This document shows positions 20,178-30,873 of a DNA stretch of 64,000 nt, piece by piece. This stretch comes from Candidatus Altimarinota bacterium (lineage in GTDB: Bacteria; Patescibacteriota; Gracilibacteria; UBA1369): assembly GCA_963677745.1 (NCBI GenBank), contig OY782391.1, forward strand, positions 1,184,001 to 1,248,000. Reading direction: 5' to 3'. The number at the start of each line of letters is the position of its first letter. Within the stretch, counting starts at the first letter, position 1. Below the pieces are notes generated by a model. The model did no database searches. It was given only the letters and a program-made list of their open reading frames with translations, and was not told the DNA's origin. The position numbers and the translations under genes are program-made.

Positions 20178-20952
20178 TGATCATTATATTTCCCGATTCA
20201 TATCGCTTCAATCCGGCACGGAAAACCAAAACTCCTGTAATGGTAAAAAAGGCGATGGCTCCCAGCATCATCAGGGGAGCGGTCCAGTCCAGCTTTCTGA
20301 TAAAATCCATCGGCACTTGCCCGATCAGTAGCGCGGGTAGCACCAGATACAGCAGAAGTTTCACCGGACCACCAAATACGCTTTGGGGATACAGACTGAG
20401 ACTGACCAGCATCCAAAACAGCTCCGTAGCCACCGCTTCAAATTCTCCGAACCAGAAAGTCAGGGATTGAACCAGCACGCAAAATCCCCAGAAAATAAAG
20501 GCCACCATCCAGGCCGCCACCAGCAGAAGCAGCAGATTGAGCCAGGAAAAGCCCAGCAAAAAAATGAAAATCAGGATGCCGGAAAGAAAATCCCCGATGG
20601 CTGAGATATCTGTGCGACTGACCGTCAGGAACCAGAGGGGACTTTTGGGATAGGTCAGATAATAATCCAGCCGGCCGTTGGTTATTTGTAGTCCGATGCG
20701 ATGCGCCCCGCCCATAAACACCGAGAAGATGCCAAATCCGGTCATGCTGATGGCGTACAGCCATTGCATATCAATAAAAGTCCAGCCGTTGACGTTTTGA
20801 AAACGCTGAAAGAAAAGATAAAACACCAGTACCCAGCCGACATTATTCAGAAGCATCCCGAATACCTGCATCAGAAAACTGACGCGGAATTCCATGGCGC
20901 TTTGCACCGCCATTTTGGTCATGTACCATGATAATTTGATGTATTTAACCAC
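20170..20952 (-). CDS. ABC-2 family permease (DUF990-like)
   Basis: Multi-TM; GRLDYYLTYP, GLKRYESG; in an operon with an ATPase. Confidence 0.88.
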   Translation of the reverse strand: MVKYIKLSWYMTKMAVQSAMEFRVSFLMQVFGMLLNNVGWVLVFYLFFQRFQNVNGWTFIDMQWLYAISMTGFGIFSVFMGGAHRIGLQITNGRLDYYLTYPKSPLWFLTVSRTDISAIGDFLSGILIFIFLLGFSWLNLLLLLVAAWMVAFIFWGFCVLVQSLTFWFGEFEAVATELFWMLVSLSLYPQSVFGGPVKLLLYLVLPALLIGQVPMDFIRKLDWTAPLMMLGAIAFFTITGVLVFRAGLKRYESGNIMINE

Positions 20953-21796
20953 CGTTGACTGTTATGTGTTTCTCCGCGAATTTGAAAATTACAAAGGCCG
21001 TCACTGTGGCAATGATTGCCCAGCAGACTTGTACCATCAGACCAAAACAAAAAGACTCCCAGTTAAAATTCACCATCGTATTGGCTGGCAGGAAAAAGAT
21101 ATTACTGAAAGGCAAAAAATTTAAAATGTTTCTGGCAGCTTCCGGCAGAAATTGTACCGGAACAACCATTCCTCCCAATACCAGAATAAATTTGCTGTAA
21201 ATCCAGTGTAGCGGTCTTACCTCTTCTATCCAGAAAGCGGACAGTCCGATCGACATCATAATCATGAAGTCCAGATATATTCCCACCATCAGCGACACCA
21301 GTCCAAGCAGCAAACCTTCCCAGGTCAGTCCGGGGACGCCCACCATCCACACGGCCACAGCTGCGCCAAAGACAATATTCAGCATCAGTGCGAATAAGCC
21401 CCGCCCGATGGAATTAAAATAGTAATAAAAAATATAGGAGTAAGGACGGTTGAGAGTATAGGCAATATCTCCGTTTTTCACTTCCTGCTCAACTATAAAA
21501 GTCACGGGAGGGCGGGCGACATTCTGAAAACTCTGGGTCAGCATGATCAGCCAGACCGCCGAGGTCAGTGAAAGACCGTCTATTACCGGCAGGGCATTGG
21601 TACGAAAAATCGCCCCATAGAGCTGACTGTAAATCCAGATGCGCATGGCAATGGTGAGGCCGCGCGCCAGGATAGTCCAGGAATAGGTGGTGGCATTGAA
21701 ATAGCCAATTTTCAGGGCAGCCCAATACTTGGCGACTTTCTTTAAAAAAGTCGTCTCGAAATTTTGCTCCAAAGTATTTTCAAAGCTTGGGCGCAT
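20945..21796 (-). CDS. ABC-2 family permease (DUF990-like)
   Basis: Multi-TM; GDIAYTLNRP, LGGMVVP, C-terminal VNGG. Start position is an estimate. Confidence 0.85.
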   Translation of the reverse strand: MRPSFENTLEQNFETTFLKKVAKYWAALKIGYFNATTYSWTILARGLTIAMRIWIYSQLYGAIFRTNALPVIDGLSLTSAVWLIMLTQSFQNVARPPVTFIVEQEVKNGDIAYTLNRPYSYIFYYYFNSIGRGLFALMLNIVFGAAVAVWMVGVPGLTWEGLLLGLVSLMVGIYLDFMIMMSIGLSAFWIEEVRPLHWIYSKFILVLGGMVVPVQFLPEAARNILNFLPFSNIFFLPANTMVNFNWESFCFGLMVQVCWAIIATVTAFVIFKFAEKHITVNGG

Positions 21797-22781
21797 AATT
21801 TTTATTCTGATAAATACCGGCAATAATTTCCTCCATCGGCGGATCGTAGATATTGATGTCCTTGGGAGCGTATTGTTTTATCGTGTAATCCAGCAGTTTT
21901 TGAATGCCGTTTTTGGATGTATCAAGTTCGATTTTCAGATCAAACTGGCCTTTTGACAGCACTGTGCCTCCGTGGAATTCAAATTCACCGATTTCCTGTT
22001 CAGTCACAATTTCCACGATTTTTTTGCGAATAAAAGTTTTCTTTAGTTTTTCGGTGCTGTCGTCAAACACCACCTGGCCGTGATTGATGACGATGGTACG
22101 CTGGGCCAGAGCCTCAATGTCCCCGGCATCATGGGAGGTCAGAAAAATAGTCACATTTTCTTCCCGGTTCAGCCGCAGCAGAACTTCGCGGATGCGCTGC
22201 CTGGCAATTACGTCCAGTCCGATGGTCGGCTCATCCAGAAAAATTATCTCGGGGCTGTGCAGAAACGACGCTGCGATTTCGCAGCGCATCCGCTGTCCCA
22301 ATGACAATTTGCGTACGGGAGTTTTAAGCAGTTCTTCCAGTTCAAAAGTTTCCACCAGCATTTTCAGCCTCTGTTTAAATTTCCCATGATCCAGTTCATA
22401 GATTTTTTCCAGCAAAGTGAAAGTCTCCTGAGGTGGCAGATGATACCACAGCTGAGGTTTCTGCCCAAAGACTGTTCCCACATGGAAGGCCAGTTTGCTC
22501 CTTTGTTTGGAAGGATTAAAACCCAGTACTTCCAGCCGACCGGAAGTCGGGTAAATCAGGCCGGTCAGCATCTTGATAGTGGTGGACTTGCCGGCTCCGT
22601 TAGGGCCAATAAAAGCCAGAATCTCTCCCGCCTTAACCTCAAAATTAATCTGATCCACCGCTTTCACCAGTTTATAATGGGGCCTGAAAACAGAGGACAG
22701 CGAACCGATCAGGCCCTGCTGCTTCTGCTTTAGCTTAAAAATCTTGGTCAGATTCTCAACTTTGATGATGGGTTTTTCCAT
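21780..22781 (-). CDS. ABC transporter ATP-binding protein
   Basis: GPNGAGKST, LSLGQRMR, DEPTIGLD. ATG at 22781. Confidence 0.93.
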   Translation of the reverse strand: MEKPIIKVENLTKIFKLKQKQQGLIGSLSSVFRPHYKLVKAVDQINFEVKAGEILAFIGPNGAGKSTTIKMLTGLIYPTSGRLEVLGFNPSKQRSKLAFHVGTVFGQKPQLWYHLPPQETFTLLEKIYELDHGKFKQRLKMLVETFELEELLKTPVRKLSLGQRMRCEIAASFLHSPEIIFLDEPTIGLDVIARQRIREVLLRLNREENVTIFLTSHDAGDIEALAQRTIVINHGQVVFDDSTEKLKKTFIRKKIVEIVTEQEIGEFEFHGGTVLSKGQFDLKIELDTSKNGIQKLLDYTIKQYAPKDINIYDPPMEEIIAGIYQNKNYAPKL

Positions 22782-22862
22782 AATGTTCGTGAAATACCTT
22801 TCAAATACGCGACCATTATAAATACAACTTCCCAAAAAACAATCAGCTAGGATCAGCTCAAT

Positions 22863-23381
22863 TTATTCAAACTCCTTGGGAGTCCCGCATTTGCCCGGGG
22901 AAATATGCCGGTCTGCCCGCAAAGCCACATAATGTTCCTTGGAGTTCTTCAGTACGTTCTGTTCTTCCGGGGTTTTGGCAAATTCCATTGCCCGGGAACA
23001 TTGCCGGTGCATCTTATCCATATAGGCATTCAACATCCGTGAATTATTGCAGCCTTGTCCCTCTTTGGAGACCAGAACCACCGGATCATAGCCAAACTGG
23101 CAGTTGACCGAGAGATTATAATAAAACTCATTTTCCAGATTTTTGTAAACGGAAACCGGCACTGTTTCTTCATCGGACTGCTTATCCTGTTGCCCGGCTG
23201 TTTCCTTACTTAACAGACATTCCACCTTTTCACCGGTAACTCTGCGCAGGGCGCTTTGCTGTTCGGTAATCACAGCCTCGTTTTTTGCCCTGTCCGGCTG
23301 CTGGTAAGCTTCCATTGCTACTATACCGGCAGTGGCAGCCAGAAAAGCATTAATAACATCTCTTTTTAATCCCGTTTTCAT
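22863..23381 (-). CDS. Hypothetical exported or membrane-anchored protein
   Basis: N-terminal hydrophobic stretch and several Cys. Confidence 0.6.
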   Translation of the reverse strand: MKTGLKRDVINAFLAATAGIVAMEAYQQPDRAKNEAVITEQQSALRRVTGEKVECLLSKETAGQQDKQSDEETVPVSVYKNLENEFYYNLSVNCQFGYDPVVLVSKEGQGCNNSRMLNAYMDKMHRQCSRAMEFAKTPEEQNVLKNSKEHYVALRADRHISPGKCGTPKEFE

Positions 23382-23544
23382 GATTCTTCATTCAAAGAAG
23401 ATATTAGAATATCATAAAAGGGTGACGTGTCAAATGTTTGGTAGAAATTCCTGGGAATTGATTCTGTAAATTTACCAATTTGTCTTATTTATATTGAAAA
23501 TATTTGGTATAATACTGAGATTAAATCATAATATTCGTACCAAA

Positions 23545-24252
23545 ATGTCAGAAAAACTCACCAGTAATGAAACGGTCTTATCCTGGCACAATTTTGGCCC
23601 CAATATCAAAGCTGCCCTGGTACACAGGGATGACGCTCGGGTCCTTCGTTTTGAGAAAAGCAACTCTTATCACGATTTGAACACCTTTTTTGCGGCCATG
23701 AAGAAGGGACGGGTTGATCAAAAAGTTAACGCAGAGGGGATTTTCAACGGGACAGAAATTGTTGTGAGTGACCCTGCTGAAACTTTTCTGCAGTTTGAAA
23801 AAAGGTATTTTGAAGAGGCTCGACTGCAAAGAGAAATAAGAAAGAAAGGCCCTGAAGGCCAGTCAAAATTAGACAGGGAGAGGGGAAAAGAAATAAGTGA
23901 TGCCCGAAAACTTCTGGAAGCAAAAATGAAATTTGCAACCGAAAGAGAAAGAATTGCCAGTTCCGCTACGCGCACGGAAGATACTGTCAAAATATTGGGA
24001 GAGAACTGGCCTGCAATTTCATTATGGTATGACAAAATGCTGGAGCAAGTGAAAACAGAGTTAGCCGGTCACCCTAATGCAAAGACGGTCCATGATCTGG
24101 AGGTGATAGAAAAAAATATGGGATTTTTATTTGGAACGACTTACCGCGCCGGTCAATTGGACTTCGAAGACAAAAAAATAAGTAAGGCCATAGAGGAGGC
24201 TTTTTGGGCAGATTTGACAAAGGTTTTTAACCGCTTTAAAAAGACATCCTGA
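23545..24252 (+). CDS. Hypothetical protein
   Basis: Open frame from ATG 23545 with an upstream TTGAAA/TATAAT promoter-like pair; charged, helical. Confidence 0.65.
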   Translation: MSEKLTSNETVLSWHNFGPNIKAALVHRDDARVLRFEKSNSYHDLNTFFAAMKKGRVDQKVNAEGIFNGTEIVVSDPAETFLQFEKRYFEEARLQREIRKKGPEGQSKLDRERGKEISDARKLLEAKMKFATERERIASSATRTEDTVKILGENWPAISLWYDKMLEQVKTELAGHPNAKTVHDLEVIEKNMGFLFGTTYRAGQLDFEDKKISKAIEEAFWADLTKVFNRFKKTS

Positions 24253-24256
24253 TTTT

Positions 24257-24332
24257 TGGTCGGAGTGGCGGGATTCGAACCCACGACCTCACGCACCCCA
24301 TGCGTGCGCGCTACCAACTGCGCTACACCCCG
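24257..24332 (-). tRNA. tRNA-Pro(GGG), copy 1
   Basis: Anticodon arm CACGC-ATGGGGT-GCGTG, TTCGAATCC, CCA end; upstream TTGCCG-17-TAGAAT promoter. Confidence 0.97.
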
Positions 24333-24475
24333 ACATATCCAGATATTGGCGAAAGAATTCTACTACCTGTCCGGTCTTTCGGCAAACCGGATATTTACTT
24401 GTAATAAAAAATTTCAGCCAGTAGTAGTAAATAGCAATGGCAGAATTCAGGCCAGAACGATAATTTTAAGCAGAA

Positions 24476-26473
24476 ATGAAATTTATTTTGTGGATTAAGA
24501 GAAAAAAGCTGCTGATCGGCTTTATGTTAATAGTGATTGCTGCTGTGATCTATTGGCTGTTTTTTATGAACGGAACAAAAACCAGCGCTACTAAATATAC
24601 TCTAAGTGCCGCTACCAACGGTTCCATCATTTCCTCCATCAGCGGCAGCGGGCAGGTGGCTGCGGAATCCCAGGTGGATTTAAAACCACAGGCTTCCGGA
24701 AAAATAACATCCCTGCAGATCAAGGAAGGAGAGCAGGTCAAAACAGGTCAGACTTTGGCTATTATCGACAACAGTGATGCGGTCAACAACATCCGTGATG
24801 CGGAACTGAACCTGGAACAGGCCAAATTGAACCTGGAAAACATTTTGGATCCAGCCGACAACTTGAGCTTAACGCAAGCCAAGGACTCCTATAATCAGGC
24901 TGTCAGGGATTTAAACTCACTTTTAAAACCCGCCGAACAATCCGATCTCGATAAAGCAAAAAATGCTGTGCAGGAAGCAACCCGCAAGCTGGCCCAGGTT
25001 AAAAGTGATTATGAAAGCCAGCAGCTGAGCGGGGAGCAAAACTTGGATAAGGCTTACCAGGATGCTTATAACGCCGTTTTTAATTCTGTTACCAACATGC
25101 ACACCTTCACTGACGATATGATTGATGTACATTACAATGACAGTAGCGATAATGGTGAAGATTACATTTCCGCCTTCAATATCGTTTTAGGGAATGGTAA
25201 CTCCTCCGTAGTTAATTATCAGACAGATTTAAGTAACGCGGTCAGTGCAGTGGATCACAGCAATTACAAGACAATGATCAAATCTACTGATCCGACCACT
25301 ATCAAACAGCAGATGGACGATGCGAGAGTTTTGGCCCAGACTGTCTATCGGGCTTTGGGGACAACCAGAATTCTTATCAATAATTTACAAAGTTATGATC
25401 TAAAATATTACGTCTTTAAAGACGTAATTGAGAAAATGAAGCCAATCATCGAACAGGATATTTCCACCATTAACAGTTACATCAATACCCTGAATGATGC
25501 CGCAGACAATCTGAATCTGGCGGAGTTGAACTCTCCGGCCGCACTGCAATCAGCCCAAGACGCCATCACCTCCGCCGAATCAAATTTAGAGGAACAGCAG
25601 AATGCCCTGGAAAAATTGCAGGAAGGCCCGACTGCCGAAGATCTTGCCACGGCTCGGGAAAAAGTCCAGGAAAAACTTCTGGCCTACCAGAATCTTCAGA
25701 CTCCCGATAATGATTTTGAGGTTAAAGCCCAGAAAATTGCCATTACCCAAAAGGAAATTGCCCTGGCCAGAGCCAAAGACACGCTGGCGGATTATTCGGT
25801 GAAGGCCCCCTTCGACGGCAAAATTGCCACACTGGATGTCCGTCTGGGGGACACTGTTTCTTCAGGAACAACAGTCGCGACGATCATTTCTACAGAATAT
25901 CTGGCGGAAGTCGACCTCAATGAAGTTGATGTCCCCCAAGTGAAAAACGATAATAAAGTAACCATCACTCTGGATGCCTTTCCCGATGATACTCTTACCG
26001 GCAGGGTGATTTCAGTTGATTCGGTGGGAGCTTCCGATCAGGGTGTGGTCAATTACACTGCCAAAATCAGTTTTGATAATATCATTGACGGCGTAAAACC
26101 CGGTATGACGGTGAGTGCCACTATCATTACCGATGTGAAACAGGATATTCTGTTAGTTCCCAGCGAGGCAGTAAAAAGTGATGGTGAGACCAGTTATGTG
26201 GAATATTTTGACCCGCCGCCGTCCAACTATGACGAAACTACCTTAACGCTTAGTTCCGCCTCGGTTCCGCTGACCAAGGAGGTAACCGTCGGCTCCAGTG
26301 ACGACACCAATACCGAAATTACCGGTGGATTGTCTGAGGGCGATCTGGTTGTCAGCAAAACCGTCAACGGCACTACCGGTACCGCCAAATCAACTGCTTC
26401 CGGCAGCGGTTCCATCAGAATTCCCGGCATTACCGGCGGAGGGGGATTCGCCGGAGGAGGGCCTCCGGGTTGA
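24476..26473 (+). CDS. Efflux periplasmic adaptor subunit (MacA/HlyD family) with long coiled coil
   Basis: N-terminal TM, SGKITSLQIKEGEQVKTGQ, VKAPFDG, EVDVPQVK, KPGMT, EITGGLSEGD. Confidence 0.9.
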   Translation: MKFILWIKRKKLLIGFMLIVIAAVIYWLFFMNGTKTSATKYTLSAATNGSIISSISGSGQVAAESQVDLKPQASGKITSLQIKEGEQVKTGQTLAIIDNSDAVNNIRDAELNLEQAKLNLENILDPADNLSLTQAKDSYNQAVRDLNSLLKPAEQSDLDKAKNAVQEATRKLAQVKSDYESQQLSGEQNLDKAYQDAYNAVFNSVTNMHTFTDDMIDVHYNDSSDNGEDYISAFNIVLGNGNSSVVNYQTDLSNAVSAVDHSNYKTMIKSTDPTTIKQQMDDARVLAQTVYRALGTTRILINNLQSYDLKYYVFKDVIEKMKPIIEQDISTINSYINTLNDAADNLNLAELNSPAALQSAQDAITSAESNLEEQQNALEKLQEGPTAEDLATAREKVQEKLLAYQNLQTPDNDFEVKAQKIAITQKEIALARAKDTLADYSVKAPFDGKIATLDVRLGDTVSSGTTVATIISTEYLAEVDLNEVDVPQVKNDNKVTITLDAFPDDTLTGRVISVDSVGASDQGVVNYTAKISFDNIIDGVKPGMTVSATIITDVKQDILLVPSEAVKSDGETSYVEYFDPPPSNYDETTLTLSSASVPLTKEVTVGSSDDTNTEITGGLSEGDLVVSKTVNGTTGTAKSTASGSGSIRIPGITGGGGFAGGGPPG

Positions 26474-26489
26474 TCATCAATTCTCAAAA

Positions 26490-27194
26490 ATGATTGAATT
26501 AAAAGACATCAGTAAGACTTACTATAATGAAGGGGGAAATACCCCGGTCTTGAAAAAAATCTCCTTCCAGGTAAAGTCCGGCGAATTTGTGGCCATAATG
26601 GGGCCTTCCGGATCGGGTAAATCAACGCTGATGCACATTATTGGAGCCCTGGACAAACCCACCGGCGGTGAATATTTCCTGGACGGCAAGAACATGTCCC
26701 GCCTGTCCGATGATGAATTGTCCGAGATCCGCAGTAATAAAATCGGTTTTGTTTTTCAGTCTTTTAATTTGTTGCCGCGGGCCACGGTTTTGCGCAACGT
26801 TATGTTACCTCTGGTTTATGCGGAGATACCGCACCGGTTGCGGGACCAGAAAACCAGAACCGCACTGCATGCGGCCGGAATGCCCGAGGAAAGATGGCAT
26901 CATTTTTCCAATCAGATCTCCGGGGGACAAATGCAGCGTGTGGCCATTGCCAGAGCACTGGTCAATGACCCCGCCATCATTTTAGCCGACGAACCTACCG
27001 GCAACCTGGATTCCAAAACCGGGGAAATCGTGCTCGGGACTTTTCAAAAACTCAATCAGGAAAAAGGGAACACAATCATCCTGATCACTCATGAACAATA
27101 TGTGGCGGAACATGCCGCCCGCATCATACACCTCCGTGACGGGCATCTGGTGGAGGATATAATGGATCATAACCGCAGAATAATCAAACTCTAA
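26490..27194 (+). CDS. MacB/LolD-type ABC ATP-binding protein
   Basis: [35 protein letters not shown] at 26490. Confidence 0.95.
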   Translation: MIELKDISKTYYNEGGNTPVLKKISFQVKSGEFVAIMGPSGSGKSTLMHIIGALDKPTGGEYFLDGKNMSRLSDDELSEIRSNKIGFVFQSFNLLPRATVLRNVMLPLVYAEIPHRLRDQKTRTALHAAGMPEERWHHFSNQISGGQMQRVAIARALVNDPAIILADEPTGNLDSKTGEIVLGTFQKLNQEKGNTIILITHEQYVAEHAARIIHLRDGHLVEDIMDHNRRIIKL

Positions 27195-27195
27195 T

Positions 27196-28410
27196 ATGCT
27201 GATCAAAGATCTTATTTTTGAAGTGAATTCGGCAGTGACGGTCAACAAAGCCCGTTCCGGGCTGACGATTTTGGGAATTGTTATCGGCATCGGATCTGTT
27301 ATTGCCATGGTATCAATCGGGCAGGGAGCCCAAAATTCCATCGAAAGCAGCATCCAATCGATCGGAGCCAATCTGCTGATTGTAATGCCGGGGGCTCAAC
27401 GTACCTCCAGGGTCAGCAGTGGCATGGGATCGGCACAGAGTCTGACTCTAAAAGATTCTGAAGCACTTGCCGCAATTTCTTCCATAGAGGCTGTTGCCCC
27501 GGAAGTATCCCGCCGTTATCAGGTTACAGCCAAAGGAAACAATACCAATACCCAGATTACCGCCTCCACGCCGAATTACACCCAGGTCAGAAATGTGGAA
27601 ATTGATACCGGTAAGTTTTATTCCGATGCCCAAAATAAAAGTAAGGCCAAAGTTGCCGTAATCGGCCCGACCGTACGCGATGATCTGTTCGGTGAAGGTT
27701 CCAATCCGATTGGTTCCACCATCCGCATCAACAAAATTGATTTCAAGGTGATCGGCGTGACCAAATCCAAGGGCGGAAGCGGCATCAGCAACCAGGACGA
27801 CGCTATTTATGTCCCCATTAACAGCGCGATGCTTTATCTCTCCAATTCCAAATATTTAAGTACCATTGCCCTCCAGGCCAAAAGCGCTGAAATTATTACC
27901 ACTGCCCAGGAGGAAATCACCTCTATGATGCTTTCCCGTCACAAGATTACTGATTCCACACTGGCTGATTTTAGTGTGATCACCCAGGCGGATATTGTAG
28001 CCACAGCCTCTTCCGTGACCGGCACCTTTACCATTTTGTTGGCGGCAATAGCCAGTATCTCACTGCTGGTCGGAGGAATCGGCATCATGAATATGATGCT
28101 GACCACGGTGACCGAAAGAACCCGTGAAATCGGATTGCGCAAGGCCATTGGCGCTAAAAGTGCCGATATCAGCCTGCAGTTTCTGATGGAGTCCGTATTG
28201 CTCACCTTTCTGGGAGGGGGGATAGGTATTGCTTTGGGCTGGCTGATTTCCGTTATCGTCAGTATGACACTGAATGTCAGTACCAGCATCAGCCTGTCGG
28301 CTGTAATACTGGCTTTTGGAGTGTCCGCCGCAATTGGTATAATCTTCGGATTTTATCCCGCGCGCCGTGCCTCCCGCCTCAATCCGATCGAGGCCTTAAG
28401 ACATGATTAA
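27196..28410 (+). CDS. MacB/FtsX-type ABC permease
   Basis: LTILGIVIGI, GGIGIMNMML, ERTREIGLRKAIGA, PARRASRLNPIEALR. Confidence 0.95.
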   Translation: MLIKDLIFEVNSAVTVNKARSGLTILGIVIGIGSVIAMVSIGQGAQNSIESSIQSIGANLLIVMPGAQRTSRVSSGMGSAQSLTLKDSEALAAISSIEAVAPEVSRRYQVTAKGNNTNTQITASTPNYTQVRNVEIDTGKFYSDAQNKSKAKVAVIGPTVRDDLFGEGSNPIGSTIRINKIDFKVIGVTKSKGGSGISNQDDAIYVPINSAMLYLSNSKYLSTIALQAKSAEIITTAQEEITSMMLSRHKITDSTLADFSVITQADIVATASSVTGTFTILLAAIASISLLVGGIGIMNMMLTTVTERTREIGLRKAIGAKSADISLQFLMESVLLTFLGGGIGIALGWLISVIVSMTLNVSTSISLSAVILAFGVSAAIGIIFGFYPARRASRLNPIEALRHD

Positions 28411-28434
28411 CAACATAATTAATAACCTACTTTT

Positions 28435-28869
28435 ATGAATAAAACGAAAAAATCTGTTCTCTATTCAGTGATCGTGCTGATCCTGATTGCCCTGTCATTT
28501 TACGGAGGCATGCAATACCAGAAAACCGGCAACGGCACTAAAAACGTTAACCGCAGTCAGCTTCCCGGTATGGGAGCGGGAGGGGCCGGCGGAAGAAATG
28601 CCGGTGGGTTTACCACCGGTGAAATTGTTTCCCTGGACGGTCAGAGCCTGACCATAAAAATGCCCAATGGTAGTACAAAAATTGTTTTCTACTCGGCTAA
28701 AACACCCCTGGCCAAACAATCACCTGCTACCTTGGAAGATTTGAAAGCTGGCGAAACTGTAACCGTAGTTTCCACGGCCAACCCTGATGGGAGCGTCACT
28801 GCTAAAAACATTCAGATTGGCAAAGTTATCATGAACACTCCACCCTCCATGTCACCTCCGGCAGTGTGA
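28435..28869 (+). CDS. Membrane-anchored OB-fold-like accessory protein (DUF5666-like)
   Basis: TM, Gly-rich linker, GEIVSLDGQSLTIK...DLKAGETVTV...DGSVTA. Confidence 0.7.
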   Translation: MNKTKKSVLYSVIVLILIALSFYGGMQYQKTGNGTKNVNRSQLPGMGAGGAGGRNAGGFTTGEIVSLDGQSLTIKMPNGSTKIVFYSAKTPLAKQSPATLEDLKAGETVTVVSTANPDGSVTAKNIQIGKVIMNTPPSMSPPAV

Positions 28870-28886
28870 TAAAAAACCTGAATGTT

Positions 28887-28962
28887 TGGTCGGAGTGGCG
28901 GGATTCGAACCCACGACCTCACGCACCCCATGCGTGCGCGCTACCAACTGCGCTACACCCCG
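28887..28962 (-). tRNA. tRNA-Pro(GGG), copy 2 (identical to copy 1)
   Basis: Base-for-base identical to 24257-24332. Confidence 0.97.
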
Positions 28963-29148
28963 ACAAAATGTTCAACGCCTAAACAGCCCAAACCGGGCAA
29001 ACGGTCAAATCAAGCCAAACAATAATAGATATATTTCGGCCGATTTCAAGCTGGAAATCCGGCAGTGAACTGATGCCCTGCCGGATATTGCTTGTCGAAC
29101 CGTGAATATTGGCTTATATTTGCCTTAAATATTTTCTAACAAAAAAAT

Positions 29149-30297
29149 ATGAAAAAATATCTGGCACTGGCGCTGCTGATTTTTACCATGGGCGCCCCGA
29201 CATCACTGGCGGACATCCCGGTTGAGGGGATGAAACCGATTCAGGTCTGCGCTTATTTCAACAACACCGAGGCCCTGCTGGACACCGTGGCGGTCTGGGG
29301 TTATGAAACGGCACCTGATGGAGGTAAAGTTGATCTTTCGAAGTTTATCTCCAATGAATGTTTCTCCCTGGGTTACAAATTCAACTCCTATCATGTCTAT
29401 GGTACGACTGCCAAACACGCCGCAGATGTCAGCGCGGACAGCTACGACCCCTCAACGGATCCGGAGGCCTATCCCACCGATCTTGATCTTCAGTTGGGCA
29501 TGCTCTATGTGGACGAAAACAGCACTCTGACCCGTATCATGAACGAATATCATATCGTGAAACTCGATACCGCGGCCGGTAAACTGGTCATCGAACCGGT
29601 ACTGACCAGACGTTTTTACGGTACAAACGAAACTCCCACCATTGTTCCAGGAACCGTAACTGCCATGTCCTGGACTGAAGATCAGGTCTACCCTCCGGCT
29701 GCCAAAGATGCGGTATTTACCGATGTCGACGGAAACAGCAAGTATTATGACGCCTTGAAATATTTGAAGGATCAGAAGATTATTTCGGGCTATCCCGACG
29801 GCAGTTTCAAACCGGGTAACACCATCAACCGCGCCGAATTTGTAAAAATAGTTTCCGGAAGCGTAGCTACCCAGGACGAGCTGACCAACTGTTCCGCCCA
29901 CTACGCCAGTCAGGGGGACTATATGCTTACTCTGTTTTCGGATGTGGCTTTTGCCATGGTTGGCGGAAATGAACCGCCCTGGTATTTCGATTTTGTTTGC
30001 ATCGGCAAACTGAACGGATTCATCGGCGGCTATCCGGACGGATCATTCCGTCCAGCCAATGAAATAAATTTTGTGGAAGCTGCCAAGATTATTGTAGAAG
30101 TGGCGGGCAAGCCAACCTCATCCACAGACCCCTGGTTCAAAAAATATGTGGAGGCATTGGAAAATAAAAATGCCATCCCGACTACCATCACTGCTTTTGA
30201 CCAGAAGGTGACGCGCGGTGAAATGGCCGAAATAATGTACAGATTGAGGGCACAGGTAAACGATCTGCCTTCACAAACCTACGCCGGTCTAAAATAA
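29149..30297 (+). CDS. Secreted protein with C-terminal SLH domains
   Basis: Signal peptide; SGYPDGSFKPGNTINRAE, GGYPDGSFRP, TRGEMAE. Confidence 0.88.
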   Translation: MKKYLALALLIFTMGAPTSLADIPVEGMKPIQVCAYFNNTEALLDTVAVWGYETAPDGGKVDLSKFISNECFSLGYKFNSYHVYGTTAKHAADVSADSYDPSTDPEAYPTDLDLQLGMLYVDENSTLTRIMNEYHIVKLDTAAGKLVIEPVLTRRFYGTNETPTIVPGTVTAMSWTEDQVYPPAAKDAVFTDVDGNSKYYDALKYLKDQKIISGYPDGSFKPGNTINRAEFVKIVSGSVATQDELTNCSAHYASQGDYMLTLFSDVAFAMVGGNEPPWYFDFVCIGKLNGFIGGYPDGSFRPANEINFVEAAKIIVEVAGKPTSSTDPWFKKYVEALENKNAIPTTITAFDQKVTRGEMAEIMYRLRAQVNDLPSQTYAGLK

Positions 30298-30310
30298 CCC
30301 CAGTCGACCT

Positions 30311-30670
30311 ATGATGGTCTTCATGCTGACATTCATCAAGGCTCTGGGGCTTACCGTTTTCATTGAATGTTCCATCGCAGCCGCCCTGCGACGCTTCGCA
30401 GGGCGGCTGCTTTTCCCGTCTGAAACGCCGTATTGGCGTCTTCTGGCAATTGTGGCTTTGGCTTCCTGCCTTACTTTGCCTTATGTCTGGTTTGTTTTTC
30501 CGGAAATATTTCCGGGTCGTCTCGCCTATCTGATTAGCGCCGAGTTGTTTGCCCTGCTGGTTGAGACTTTCTGGTATTTACTGGCCCTGCGGCAGCGACT
30601 TCGCCAGGCCTTTCTGCTGTCATTTTTGGCCAATCTGGGCTCACTGTTGTTCGGCCTGTTTTTGTTCTGA
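30311..30670 (+). CDS. Small integral membrane protein
   Basis: Four hydrophobic segments; 13 bp after the SLH gene. Confidence 0.7.
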   Translation: MMVFMLTFIKALGLTVFIECSIAAALRRFAGRLLFPSETPYWRLLAIVALASCLTLPYVWFVFPEIFPGRLAYLISAELFALLVETFWYLLALRQRLRQAFLLSFLANLGSLLFGLFLF

Positions 30671-30873
30671 AAATCCCCTCATTGTTAAAGCCTCAGACAG
30701 AGTTGACGGAAAGTGGAGAAAATGGTAAAACACTTGCTCGGACTAAGATTTAACAATTTTGATCCGGTCGATGGTGGTTCTTGAATAGTCTTCAAGTGGC
30801 GATCATCAAAGTTCATTGAAAGCCAGAGTCAACGAAGACCATTACAGGGAGGCCATAAACGGAGGAGAGTTCC

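Larger units (their letters stand above)
24255..28965. repeat. 81-bp direct repeats (24255-24335 and 28885-28965) bracketing the efflux operon
   Basis: Each repeat is the full tRNA-Pro(GGG) plus 2 and 3 flanking nt. Confidence 0.93.

Noticed and set aside
24256-24498. ORFs beginning MVGVAGFEPTTSRTP (also at 28886-29068)
   Set aside because: They are antisense translations of the tRNA-Pro genes.
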